From positions 1 through 64,000 of the forward strand of contig DF237074.1 of the NCBI GenBank assembly GCA_000708835.1: a stretch of 64,000 nucleotides of DNA, written 5' to 3'. Under the pieces are notes generated by a model, which did no database searches, was not told where the DNA came from, and was given only the letters and a program-made list of their open reading frames with translations. Below, piece after piece: positions 27,617 through 39,500 of this stretch (the stretch's first letter is position 1; every line of letters begins with the position of its first letter). The position numbers and the translations under genes are program-made. Source of the stretch: Klebsormidium nitens. Its lineage: Eukaryota; Plantae; Klebsormidiophyceae.

Positions 27617-30600
27617 TCAAGGTTCACCAACTTCGATTCTCACACTCCGTGGAACTTGTATCCGTTTAAAATCCTCCGCCGCAATCACCTTGTTGCTGCG
27701 GAACGTGCTCATCGCCTGCGTCACTAGCCTCCTGATAGCTTGGCTTGATAAGCTACTCGCGTCGCCAGATTCGCCATCTAAGCTCCTTTCCCGAACCTCC
27801 AAGCTCTCATACCGCTTGCTGAAATGCGTCAAGATCAGCAGCTTCGCTCCTATGTCCCTCGCAAAAGCGCCGGCCATCCCGGCGGTGGAATGCGTGGACA
27901 CCAGCGCTTTGTCCTCGTACTTGTTTTCGAACGTCGCCTCGTGGACCAGGACGTCCGCATTCTGGGCGACAGTCGCCAAGTTGGACGAGTCACAGGTGTC
28001 GCCCAGGATGCACACTTTGCGCTGCGTCGGCGCCTCAAGGACGTCGTCTGGCCGGACGACCGTTCCGTTTGGGAGGCGCACCGTTTCGCCCCTCTGTTCA
28101 ACAGAAACCGGTAGAAAGGGGTCAACGGACATGCGGCTGAAAAAGGCGCGGACTTTCACGGACGGACGACGACGAGCAAGCAACGGCACGAGGAACGGCC
28201 GCTACGTCATGAAGCACGTGGTTCCCAACCCTCGAAAACGTAGAGGACAGGACTGCAAATATCAAGAGGCAAATGAAGGGGTGGAGAAGGAAACCGCCGG
28301 CACGGGGGAGGTAAAAGCTCAGCAAGAGTTCCAAAGAGGGGACCTTTGTGAGAGGCGCACCGTCTCGCCTCGCGAAAGCAGCAAACCATGTTATAGCTTT
28401 CTATTAGAAGCAAGAGGGTTCCAGAAAGAGGCAAAGCGGGTAACCCCATTCCCCTGCATCCTAGGCTTAGCCGCCTGGGTGGTGCTCAGGGCGGCCGAGA
28501 GACTCAACACCACACGAACTAGGGTGGGCTTACTTCGAGTTTCGCGAACATGGGACCTGGTTCCAGGCCCCACCCCCTCGCCCGAAGCGGGTCCACTTTC
28601 CGCTCATACGTCTCCTCCACCACATAACCAAAACATGGCACCCGATGCTTCAAAAGCGACGTCTTGGCACTGATTCTTTCGTCGTCGAACAGGTCCCAGT
28701 GGAAACCCCCACCCGGGGAATCGATTCGAAGCACGGGGCGGACTTGGAAACGGCCGTGGGAGTCGAGGGAGAAAGCGCCCGGGGCGTCGTGGCCGAGCTC
28801 GTGTATGGTAACCGGGATGGTTAGCTGCACGGGTTAGGGGGAGGGTCAGGCAAAACAGTGGACGTCAGCAACACACCATACATTTCTGGACTGTATACGA
28901 TCCTAAACGCCGGACTGGCTTGGAAAAAGGAACGAATCCTCGTTTTTCCAATCAATAAAAAGCGCAAAGGGTTATCTGGAGTTTGCATCACAAGGAAGAT
29001 TTGCAACTAATGCTCCGCCAGTCGAGTCTCAAAACCAGCGGGGTCATCAAGTCAAAAGGTCGTGGGATGGTCTGCTTGATGTTACGAGCTCGAGCAAGCC
29101 TATCCTCAAATGTGCGAAGACGTGAACTCGGTGTTCAGGTCTTGCCGTAATCGACGAGGAGAACTTTCCACGAGATTCTGACGGCAGCTCTTCTGATCCA
29201 AATTTAACACAACAGACGAACAGACAGAACAGAACAGATAGAATACTCCGCTTTCTCAAGGGCCTGCACCCCAAAAAGAGCAAAGCGCTTAGTACCTTTG
29301 ATTTCAAAAAAAGGGGCAATACACAATTGAACAATGCCTTCGAACCAACCGAATATCAGCGATCACATAGAAATGACAAAGCAGCAAACCGAAATGGTTG
29401 TAGTTACCTCACCCCTGATGCTGACATGCTGAGGTTCGCCCAGATGTATTGGCCAAGTCCTTTGGGGCCGTAGATGTGCAAAGGGGCGTCTTTGCTTAGA
29501 CCAAGCTCGTCGCGGGAGTCCATGATGGAGAGAAGCAGGCCAGGAAGGCCGAAGATGTGGTCGCCGTGCATGTGAGAAATGAAGATCTTGGAAATGGAGC
29601 TTGGGATAACCCTTGCCTGGAGCAATCTGCAGGGCCAAAAGGTTGGGTCACATTGACAGCGGTCATCTAAAATTCAAGCGGGAAGATGCAGAAACAAAAG
29701 GGTTGTGGATTCTAACGATCTGGAGTCGCCTATTGATTATTCTAGTCATCGAGCCTGTCAACACAAAGAGTTAACAATAGGTGAGATAGTCTGGTGACTG
29801 AGTGCTTGTCAAGGGCCTCGAATGTGTTTTCCGGGCTTTGCAAGTGAATTTCTGGTCACACCAAGAGTTTCAGCAGATTTGTCCGTCAACTGGAGTGTCG
29901 TACCCTGTGATCTGACATCTCTGCGTCATGTGTGTGGTAAGGAGGGAAGCAGGACACCGCAGTGGTTACAGTCAGCACAACCCATCCTTTTAAAGGACAT
30001 TACAATCATATCAAGCATTCTGCAATACTCATGGGATCCAAGAGTCAAGAAACGCTCATGATCATTTGACTGATAGCGCAGTCACGGTGGCGTCAGACAT
30101 AAGCGCACCCTCAACCAGCTGCCGTAAGCCCCCTCTCAAGTAAGAGCTCACCTGTGCTGCGTGCCCTCCCCACAGTCAAAGAGCCACGTTCCCCTCTTCA
30201 TTCTCAGCAGCAGCCCTGACACATTGCGGGACAGAGTCGGAGTCCCAGACGACGTCCCAAGGAAAAGGAGTTCCATTTCAGGGGCTGCTTGACCGGAAGT
30301 GGAAGGGCCGTCTTCATTTAGCTGTCTCCCATGATGGAGGCTGGTGCCGGCGCTATCAGATGTTACTTGAGGAAAGGAGACCGCCTGGCCTTTTGACAGA
30401 GTTGATGAAAAACTACTTTGTGAGGAAGTTGACTTCTCCATTTGCTTCTGAGTGCTGGTTGATGAGCCTCCCCGTTCCCCCATTACATCCCTACGAAATC
30501 CTAAAGAATCTGTCCGCTCACTAAAAGGTTTCATGTCCAAAGGAGAAGTTGGACATTGCGCTGAAGTTTCCACACCGGAAGGGGAGATAGACTCCCAGCT

Positions 30601-30969
30601 TGTCAAAGGGGGCAACTCTAGCGTGCCGGCAGACTTCATTGCTTTCATTAGTCGAGCGCTTGTTTTGGGAGCCTCTTTCACTGGAAGCTTTGCCTTGTCC
30701 CCTTGTTCAACCTGACTCCCAACATTTGCACCCTGTGGTGCCACTTCACACTGCAAACGTGTTTCTTTTATCACAGGACCACGTTGCGGAAGCTTTTGCT
30801 GAAGACAGTGTCGCCTCTTTATCATCTCAGAGATGCATTGCTGGAAGTCCTTCTGCCGGCAAGCACCAAGTCCCCGGTGCTCATAACTACAGAAAGCTGA
30901 GCGCTGCAAAGCTATAGCTGATGTGGCATCCGCGCATTTTCGGAGATCCCACGTCCTGCAATGCGCCAT
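27617..30969 (-). CDS. rnz: Bacterial-type short-form RNase Z (tRNase ZS) with a 231-aa N-terminal extension; about 599 aa, 4 exons; probably organelle-targeted
   Basis: Exons 30969-30152, 29626-29413, 28824-28534, 28093-27617. Motifs [44 protein letters not shown] (flexible arm), GDT, HEATF, HST, THFSKRY. Confidence 0.95.
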
Positions 30970-32329
30970 TGGCAATTCAGCGGCTCTGGGAAAACCTCGG
31001 TAAAGTGGTCTCAACACAAAGTGGATTTCAAAGTTAGAGGTGGCGAGCAGTTGTCAAGAAGTCCATCGAATCTGACTGAAAGTAGTATCCAGCTTGTGCA
31101 GCATTTGCGGACTTCAAACGAGCTCCCTCTTCCAAGGTCTGCCTCTATTAAGCGCCCCTGGACAGCCTGCATGGAGCGCCCAGGGCCAGGACCAAACTAG
31201 TCGGCTACAACTTCAAGGCCAGGGGGATTACCATTGCCATTAATACCATGGTACTATTTAGGCCCTGAAAGAGTCAGCTTGAAACTCCTAAAGGTTTTAG
31301 GTCCGGGCAAGGTGCTAGCTGTAACGAGGGGCGGGTTTGGGTTGGTTTAACGGGCAGATAATTGTTAAAAAGCTGCTGACAATCTGACCAACCCTCTCCT
31401 CATACCAACCGAGGCCCGACTACATTTGCATTCGGGACACTATAAGATGCAATCTTGTCCGTCGAAGAAGAGGAATTTTGTACGATCGGACGGCTCGAAA
31501 CACAAGATTAAATTCACGGGTTCGGCTATCTGCACCGCAGGTAGTCCTAGGTTCGACTTATCTGAGTCCTGCTGCGTCCGCGAGAAATCTGACCATGTTT
31601 CTTGCACGATAATGCACCCAATTTGCATGCTCCACACAGAGATAGGTTTTTCTATGCGCATGGATGGACGAGTCCGCGCGTTTCATGTTTACAGAGCAAT
31701 ATGTTCACGTACCCCGGCCCCGTTTTTACCGACTAAACTTATGAGATTGTTTCCTAGAAAGTCGTCGTCATGCTATAATCTATACAGCTTTTGGCCTGAA
31801 TATACAAAAGGTCCGCTTCCTATGTAACTTCAATTACCGGAACTTACTTAAGGCTTACGTGAACAGGGGGCGGGCTGGTTTGTAGTGCAGATATGCAGGT
31901 ACTATAATGAGACACTATAATGAGACAGTCTGGCAGGCAATAATGGGTTGCGTGACATTGATGTCGCGAGCTAGTCAGGCAAGTAGCTTCCACGTGGGCT
32001 CAATCTAGCCAGCCCTTCAGTGATGGTTGTGTACACAACTATCAAGGAAAGACCACGAGCTAGTGTGGCAAGCATGAACCAACAGTCGGTGCCGTGAGTC
32101 CAATAAGCACGTTCAGGACTGCGCATAACGATTGGTGAGGCTGTTCAAGTGCAGACCGGACACTGAGCTCTTCAACAGCCGAGTCGTGCGCATTGTCCAC
32201 AGCCAACACGTTACGAATGGCATAGAGGACCGTCAAATGTGTAAAGCTTGTAGCGAACCAGCCAGCGCCACAACGTCCAAGTAAGCTTTCGTTTTAGTAG
32301 TTTCCACCAGGTTCTTGGCAGACTCGTTC

Positions 32330-35300
32330 TTACCCCACTTGTCGGTAGCCTTCAGTCATCCTCTCGACATACTTTCCAACGATGTCAACTTCTGCATGTT
32401 CACCATCAGTTAAACGCATCAGTGGAGAGTTAGCAAGCCCGGTCCTTATTCCACGACCGGTTTTTGCGCTCAGCCATTTCGGCGTTGAGTATTAGTAGAA
32501 CTTCGGCGTCGAACTCCGTTGGCGACCCCAGCGGTGAATATATATTTTTATTCAACGCTTAACGTTGAATAAACGCGAGACCCTTACCAGGTTCGACAAT
32601 GCATCAGAGTCCGGTCGTGCGATAAGTTGGTTACCTTCACTCGTGCTCGAGCATATCGAAGATTTCGTGTCTAACTCGAGCTTCATATTCCACTCGGGCC
32701 TCGGAGGCCCTCGGGAATATCCGCTCTCGTTCGATGCGAAACTTCGACATTCTCTCGCACTCGTGGGATAACCTAAACATATCTGTTCAAGCTTCTAGCC
32801 AAGCGACCAACCGGAGAAGGAAACGCTGAGCGTTGGTGCAAGCGATACCAACGATTAGACTTTCCTCCTTATGAAAGCCTGCGAACCTTTTCTGCGGCTC
32901 TCAACAGGCCGACGCTCGAGAAGTGTTCAAGCTTCCAGGACCCAAGCAGATAACTTACGAGCGTTCTTCAGGTTTTTGGTGAGCAGATAGCCTCGTCATT
33001 CGAGGAAAGTTTTTGTAGAACATAGGCTCTCAGCTTCTTATATAGACAAGGCGCGAAGAATGATGTTAAAGACTTTGCTGTCTAGTGATCTGGTACTGGC
33101 AAAGACGCCCACTTTACTGGATGATAGGAGCTTCAGCAAACACCGCAGTTGATCCAAGCACCAATGAAGCAAGTAAGAACACGTTCCGGGTAGCCACCAT
33201 ATGCACACTCGAGGCCGCGATGTCGTCAAAACGCGAAAGGGTGATATCTCCAAGCTAAACACTCACATTCATGGCGCGAATCTAACGGAGTTGCAGGGAA
33301 ATGTTTGCAGACTGAGGACTTCAACAGACTGCTATAGGATTAGAGCTGCGAGCGCGATCCGAGGGGAAAGGCTATGCTACCAGACCAACGATGAAACCAG
33401 CCTCGATCGAGAAGTGCGCTGCTTACCGAGGTTCACCTTATCCCCGACCTTCTTCAGCGGAACGACGATCTTCTGCTGCGTGTAGGCAACCAGCATGAAG
33501 GTGAACGACAACTCCGCGTCCAAAACTTCCACAACCGTAAGGCTCGTTCCATCAACGGCGATGTACCCCTGTGAAACACCGGAAGCGGAACGATCCGGTC
33601 AGGGAAGCCGCTGAGCAGAAGTGGTGGCCGAGGACGTGTTTCGAGCGGCCCCTTCATACCTCGACCTCGATGAAAGCGCACTACCGCACAAGCAGAGGAA
33701 TGGGTTACTTGAAAAGCTCGTGTCTTTCTTGGCCGTTAGAAAACCGCGACGTGATCTACCGATTCTTATAGTTTCCTGGCAACCCAAGAGCGGAGAGCCG
33801 GACTGTGCCGTTCGCTATGCGATGTAATGCAGTTGGCTTTCTGCATGCCCCTTTTACTAGGCACGCCCTAAATGCAGTCAGTAGCTCTAAAAGCTGGAAA
33901 TGTCCAGGCGACTGCAAAGTGGGTCCCCAAAGAATCTTCGAAACGGTTCGTCGCAGGAGCACACCGGCCTCGACTGGGGGAATCGCCGACGACTTTGACG
34001 ATAGTCACTGATATTTCCATCCAGTACACATTATCTGCTGACAAGCTCACCTTTTTTACAATATAACGAAGCATTTCGGGCGTCGTCTTTATTGTCACCA
34101 CAAGCGAGTCCCCATCAGGTTCGAATTTGGAGATGACACCTGTCCCATCCACGTGGCCCTGAACGAAGTGGCCCCCCATGCGACCGCTTGGTTGGAGCGA
34201 CCGCTCCAGATTGACTTTCGACCCCGTTTCCAGTTCTTCCAGAGAAGTCTTCCGCAGGGTTTCTGGGGCGAGGCCTGAGGCAGCGGGCTTGAAACAAATT
34301 AGGAAGACTCTCAGCGATGGTTCGGACGTTTCAACAGCAAAGCAGCAGGTTTTACGGTGGGCCAAATGAATCTTATTAACCAAAAGATGCAAGAGCGGGC
34401 TCGCCCCATGCACCAAGGCCGTCCTACATAACACTCTGGACAACTCCAACCACGCGCTGTCCGAGTATGATTGAAACTTTTTGATTGACAGAGATCTGCC
34501 ATTCGCGGAAGATTGGCTTTGCTTCGTAGGCTTCTGCGATGCGGCTGCAGCTTTGTTATCATCCATCAAACCGTCACAGTAAAACGCAGACGCAACTCAC
34601 CTACTGCAAAGTAGGTCGGGTCAAATCGGGTGACCGTCAGGCACGTGCCATTGACCGCGATGCTGTCACCCAACTGCAGAGCATGAGTACGGGCTGAATC
34701 CTCTGCATCTACAGAATTCAAGTCCTATCTATGCTGTACAAGACAAGTGCGTACGCCCGTCAAGCAAGTCTCCCCTGTTGATCCTGTCAGCTTGATTCCG
34801 GGGCCTCCGATAGCCAACCTTCTGCAGCCACTTTGATCTCTCATTGCCATTGGAAACGGCCAAGGCAAGGAGCAGAGCTTTTGAACGTACTTTGACATCT
34901 TCAAGCACTGTGGACGCTTCCACAGTCAGCTCCCAGCCACCGTCCACCTGCTTCAGTTCGCGCACCGTCCCCATCTCCTCAACAATACCTGCGGGAAGCA
35001 CAAGGAAGGAGCTGGGACCACTGGTGAAGGCGTTGGCTTACTGGCATGACCGTAAGATTCACCGATTAATCGATATTGAGTGCAAGCCACGATGTCACCA
35101 TCTGGACTTGGGCGTAGTACGTCGTAAGGGACTGAGAGGATTCTGCTACAAGAATCACCACACAGTGACAGAATGCACACAGATGTGTGTGCATTTATGG
35201 CAGGAAGTTGCGACAGGGAGGCCAGAGAAAAGTGTGTACCAGGCGGAATCGTTCCTTGGGCGATGGAGACGTGGTGCAGCTGGTCTAGACGTCATCTCAT

Positions 35301-36033
35301 GTCTTTTGCCCCAACACATACTTGATCTGTTGGGTGGGATTGCGGACTTCACGGTGTCCAACAGTAGCCACGCAAACCACACAGTATCGTCAAGAGGAAC
35401 CCTGAACCAGCAATAAGTAGACCAGTGGTATTTGTGATTGCTGATGATTGTTTTAGCACCTGTAAAGATGGCTCTGGTTGCGCCCCCCTGGCACTGGCGG
35501 AGCCTCGGTGCCGCTTGCTGAAGCACTTGTGCCTTCCATCGGACATCAGTAAGGAAGGTGGATTGGCGCAGCGTCCTCTGAGCAACGCCTGGTAGGCAAA
35601 CAGACAACCGCTGGTGGCCTGTAGGAGCAAACATGGATCCGGATCAAATGCAATGTCAGGTATGACAGGAATTGAGCTGAGTGCTCAAAGCTCCTTTCAA
35701 ATTGGATGGATAGTGGTTATGAGGCCTGCAAACAGGGACAGGCTTTGAGCAGCCACGCTGCATCAACATCAGCTACAATCGTGGAGCACCACCACTCATG
35801 GCGGACGCTCTGAGGTTTGAGAGAACGAATTCCTCGAGTTCAGGTGCATCTTCAAACTTTAGTCTTTCAGAGTGATGTAACCATCGGGTGCATTCACATT
35901 CACCCCGCCTCCCGCATGGTGGGGCTATGCTGAGCAGTGCCTGTGGAGCCCTTGTCTGTCGGCAGGGACGCCTGCACTCCCGCAGAGTAGGGAACGAGAC
36001 AGTAGGACCCGCACAGACCAGCGTGTCCGCCAT
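32330..36033 (-). CDS. ribE: Riboflavin synthase (alpha chain), plastid transit peptide, about 295 aa, 7 exons
   Basis: Exons 36033-35904, 35618-35460, 34988-34891, 34673-34601, 34274-34051, 33568-33427, 32391-32330. Motifs IFTGIVEEMG, GDSIAVNGTCLTV, APETLRKTSL, VNLERSL..RMGGHFVQGHVDG, KGYIAVDGTSLTV, VNLEVDIVGKYVER. Confidence 0.95.
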
Positions 36034-36521
36034 GTTCTAAGCAATGCTGACGAGATGACCTACCTACCGTATCCTACCTGAAGCTAAACTTTCATGAGCA
36101 AGGCAGAGCTGTGGAGCTCAGCGGCCAGGCGGCCCGGCCATCCCTCTTGCACTGTTCTGCCAATACCCCAGGTACTTCCCAACCGTCGATGATTCTGTCA
36201 GAGCATCGGACTATCGCAAGCAGCCCTGCTGGTAATCCGATGAACAAAGTGCAACCGTCGATTGGCTTACGGTAAGGTTGGATGCTTGTCACATATGCTT
36301 ACGATCATGCCTTTGGACTTTTGCACCCGCATCTAGTCCCGCCTGCCAGCTAATGCTGAGCAGCATTTGCTGGCACTGCATCATCATCCTGCATGCCAGC
36401 TAACAGAGCTGTTGTTTGGAATTCATTGCAATGGGGCGGCCAGCACTGTCAACAGTGCTCAGCATTGCTTGTCAATGGCATTACTAGCTTGAGGCCCATT
36501 TCTGAACGCCACTGATCAACC
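36034..36521. promoter_or_regulatory. Short (488 bp) divergent intergenic region riboflavin synthase / MCTP; probable bidirectional promoter
   Basis: Head-to-head ATGs at 36033 (-) and 36522 (+). Confidence 0.5.
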
Positions 36522-39500
36522 ATGTCCCTCTCAAAGCCCACCCTGACGCCTGCAATGCAGCGGCTGACCAGCCGCGTCAAGGAGCGGGCAGCGGACGTCA
36601 AGGAGCGCGTGCGGCACACCCTACACTCCTCAAGTGAAAGGTTTTCCGCTGACGAGGTGGAGGACTATGATTCATATCGTTCGTACAGCAGTCCTCCCAT
36701 CAGGGAACAGCATGCAGGGGGGGTGCCGATCTCCCCATCTTTTGGGGGGGCACAGCGGGCAGGAGCGGGAGCTATCTCAAGCTCATATAGAAGAGGGGAG
36801 CAACTAGGAGGGGGAGACACATCCGAAGGGGGAACAGAGACGGACGGGGATGACTCGCGGTCCGACGTCACTGATCCATATGTTGAGGAAGTTGAGAACG
36901 AGGCGTGGGGAAACAGACCGGGGATTGCGGTGCGCAAGATTCACGTGGCTGTGTGTGCCGCCAGGAACTTGATGGCAAAAGGGGCAGACGATAGCTCGGA
37001 CCCATTCTGCATCGTAAGTGGAAGTTCTTGGTTCAATGCTGTGGCTAGAGTTTGTTGTGGTGCATAGGCTATCCTGGTGGTGCATAGGCTATCCTGGCGG
37101 TGCCCAGGTAACCTGGCGGTGGCATAGGCTGCTTTGTTGGAGCCTGTTACATGAATTCCACCGAAGTGAACCAGATTGTTCAATGGAGAGTGCGACTGAT
37201 TGCTTTGCCAACTGCGGGAGTCAATGGGCCCGTTTTTCTACATCCTCATGGGAAGGCACATAGTCCCAATGATGATTCTGCCCCCTGAATGCCCAGGATT
37301 GCAGATTATAGGAGCCACTTTGCCAGCCAAGCTCGCACTTCATAGGAGTTCCGTTTTAGCTGTTGTGAAACACAGCGCCAACTGAGGCGGTTGAAAGTTG
37401 CGTACCTTGTCTTTTGTCTCCTGGCAACTTCTCTTTACACGGTGTGATTGTCAGAGCGTCGCAGACGTGGCGTCTAAAGGGATCCCCCACTACCCAATCG
37501 GTGTGATCTCCAAATAATCTCCGATGTCCGCCTATGCCCCTCTAACTGCCTGCATGTTGGCAGGCCTGACATTTGTCCTTCCACTGATGTAGCTGGAGTT
37601 TGATGGGAAGCAGAAACGCACGACAACGAAGGTGGACTCACTGAACCCTCTGTGGGATGAAGAGGTGAAGTGCTCGTTCCACGTATCTGTAGCTCTGGCA
37701 ATTTAAGCTGCCTGCCTGTGAGTGTGGCCTTGTGCGGGCTTGTCTGTGGGGACATGTTTGCCGGTCCTAAACCTCGAAGAAGTTGAATTTGAGATCTCTG
37801 TTGGAACCTGAGGTCATTGTTATTGGCTGAAGACGCTCCAGTTCTATCAGGGACTACTGTATGTGGACACTGCTAATCCAACTTTTGAACTGCCCAGTGG
37901 CACTACTTTTCCAGATGTATCCGCTCAGATCTGAGGGACAGTTTAATCTGTCAACCGGGCCTTCGCATGCAACGCAAAACATGTTATGCTAAAACCTTAA
38001 TCGTCTCCAAAGCTCATGCCCCAGCTCTTCGCTCCCTCCTATCCAGACGCATCTTGTGGCGGCGCCTTTCCGCTTAACATCTCTCGTCTATGCCTACGTA
38101 ATGGAAGCTTCTCATCAAACCTTCGAATTTCCATTTCATCATTTACGAAAACGAATGTCAGCCGGTTTTTGTCTTCTCTTTCCAGCTTCACCATGTTACA
38201 GCCCCAGCTTTGTTCATCTTGTCATAAGCTGAACCCTTCTTGTCGTTCCTCGCTCAGTTCGTCTTCACAATCCCGCACGCCAGCACCCTCCCGGGCAGTG
38301 CGGCGGCAAAGCAGGAGACCCTCGAGATCAGTATCTACAGCCGCAGCCGAACAAAGAAGCATCACGGTTTTCTTGGGCGCGTGCGGTTTCCGATTAACTT
38401 CTATGGGGAGAGCGAGGGCATCTTGCCCCGGGGGCAGGAAAAGCTCATATACTACCCCCTCGAAAAGCGGAGCCTGCTGTCCCGGGTCAAGGGGGAGATC
38501 GGGTGAGGCGCAATCATTCTTCTCATATTGCCGTCCCTCCGATTCAGTTTTAAGCTTCCTTTTGCCCCCTTTTCGTGGCTTTCTTTTTGAGTTATGTAAG
38601 GGGCACTGATAAGTGATGGAGGTAAAGCTGGGCGTTTGTTCGGAATTCTGAGGAGAAGCGGCTGCTGCTAAAAGAAGTTTGGGAAACTGGCTCAATAAAT
38701 CGGGGGAGAGGGTAAACGAAGATGGTGCACGACAGACGGCACTTCGAATGGTACATATCGCACGAACTGACAACTGGTCTGATTCAGTTTGTCAGTCGGG
38801 TTCTCACACCCTCAGCTTGTTTCGGTTGCTGATGCCGCTACTTTTACCCCAGGCTGAAGCTCTGGTACGACGATACCCCCCGAAGCGAGGATTACGACTC
38901 GGACGCTTCGATCGAGGGGCCCCGTTCCCCAGGGGACGACGAATCCGACTTCGACGGGGGGTCCGTAGCAGTCTATGCCAAGGACAACCGGCGGGGGGGG
39001 ATTCACCAGCAAGGCAACGTGGCCCACGTGGTGACAGGCGTCAGCAGCCCATTCGACCTTGTGGACCAGGTGGAGTACCTGTTTGTGCGCGTGCTGCGCG
39101 CGCGGGCGCTCCTCGCGGCCGACTCCAACGGAACGAGCGACCCGGTGAGGCCCTGGAGCTTCGGAGGCGTTGTTTTTCAGGTGGTGTCCCGTTCTGAAAC
39201 AAGTCTCTCGGCGATGTCAAGGAGCGTGTTACGTGTCTGTGGCTTGTTTGGAGGCTCTTTGGGCTGCGAAAGAGAATACTGTTCCGCCAGATGGAATAAG
39301 TGAACACAGATCAGGTCGGAGTGTAAGTTGTGTATGTGTTCAAGGTCGCCAAGGAGGAACGCGGCGATTGCGTCCCATCTTCTTCTAAACAGAAGATAGA
39401 ATAGCAAGAAATGATTCTCGTAATCGATGTCAGCAAGCTTCTGCAGGGTCCGGCGCAAAATGTTCACAGCGGCATCACTTTCGTTCGTAATTTGAATCCA

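Noticed and set aside
27612-28673. 353-aa plus-strand ORF
   Set aside because: Antisense to RNase Z exons 3-4; the minus frame carries all the catalytic motifs
31430-31510. GTTCGA (T-loop-like) motifs here and at about 4285 and 14987 as tRNA candidates
   Set aside because: No acceptor stem, D-arm or anticodon arm could be folded
35632-35634. ATG of ORF 35155-35634 as the riboflavin synthase start
   Set aside because: It lies between a ctgac branch site and a strong ttgctcctacag acceptor; exon 36033-35904 joins in the correct phase
27617-36033. Bacterial operon or recent horizontal transfer (rnz next to riboflavin synthase)
   Set aside because: Both genes have spliceosomal introns and targeting leaders; their adjacency gives no evidence of a joint transfer
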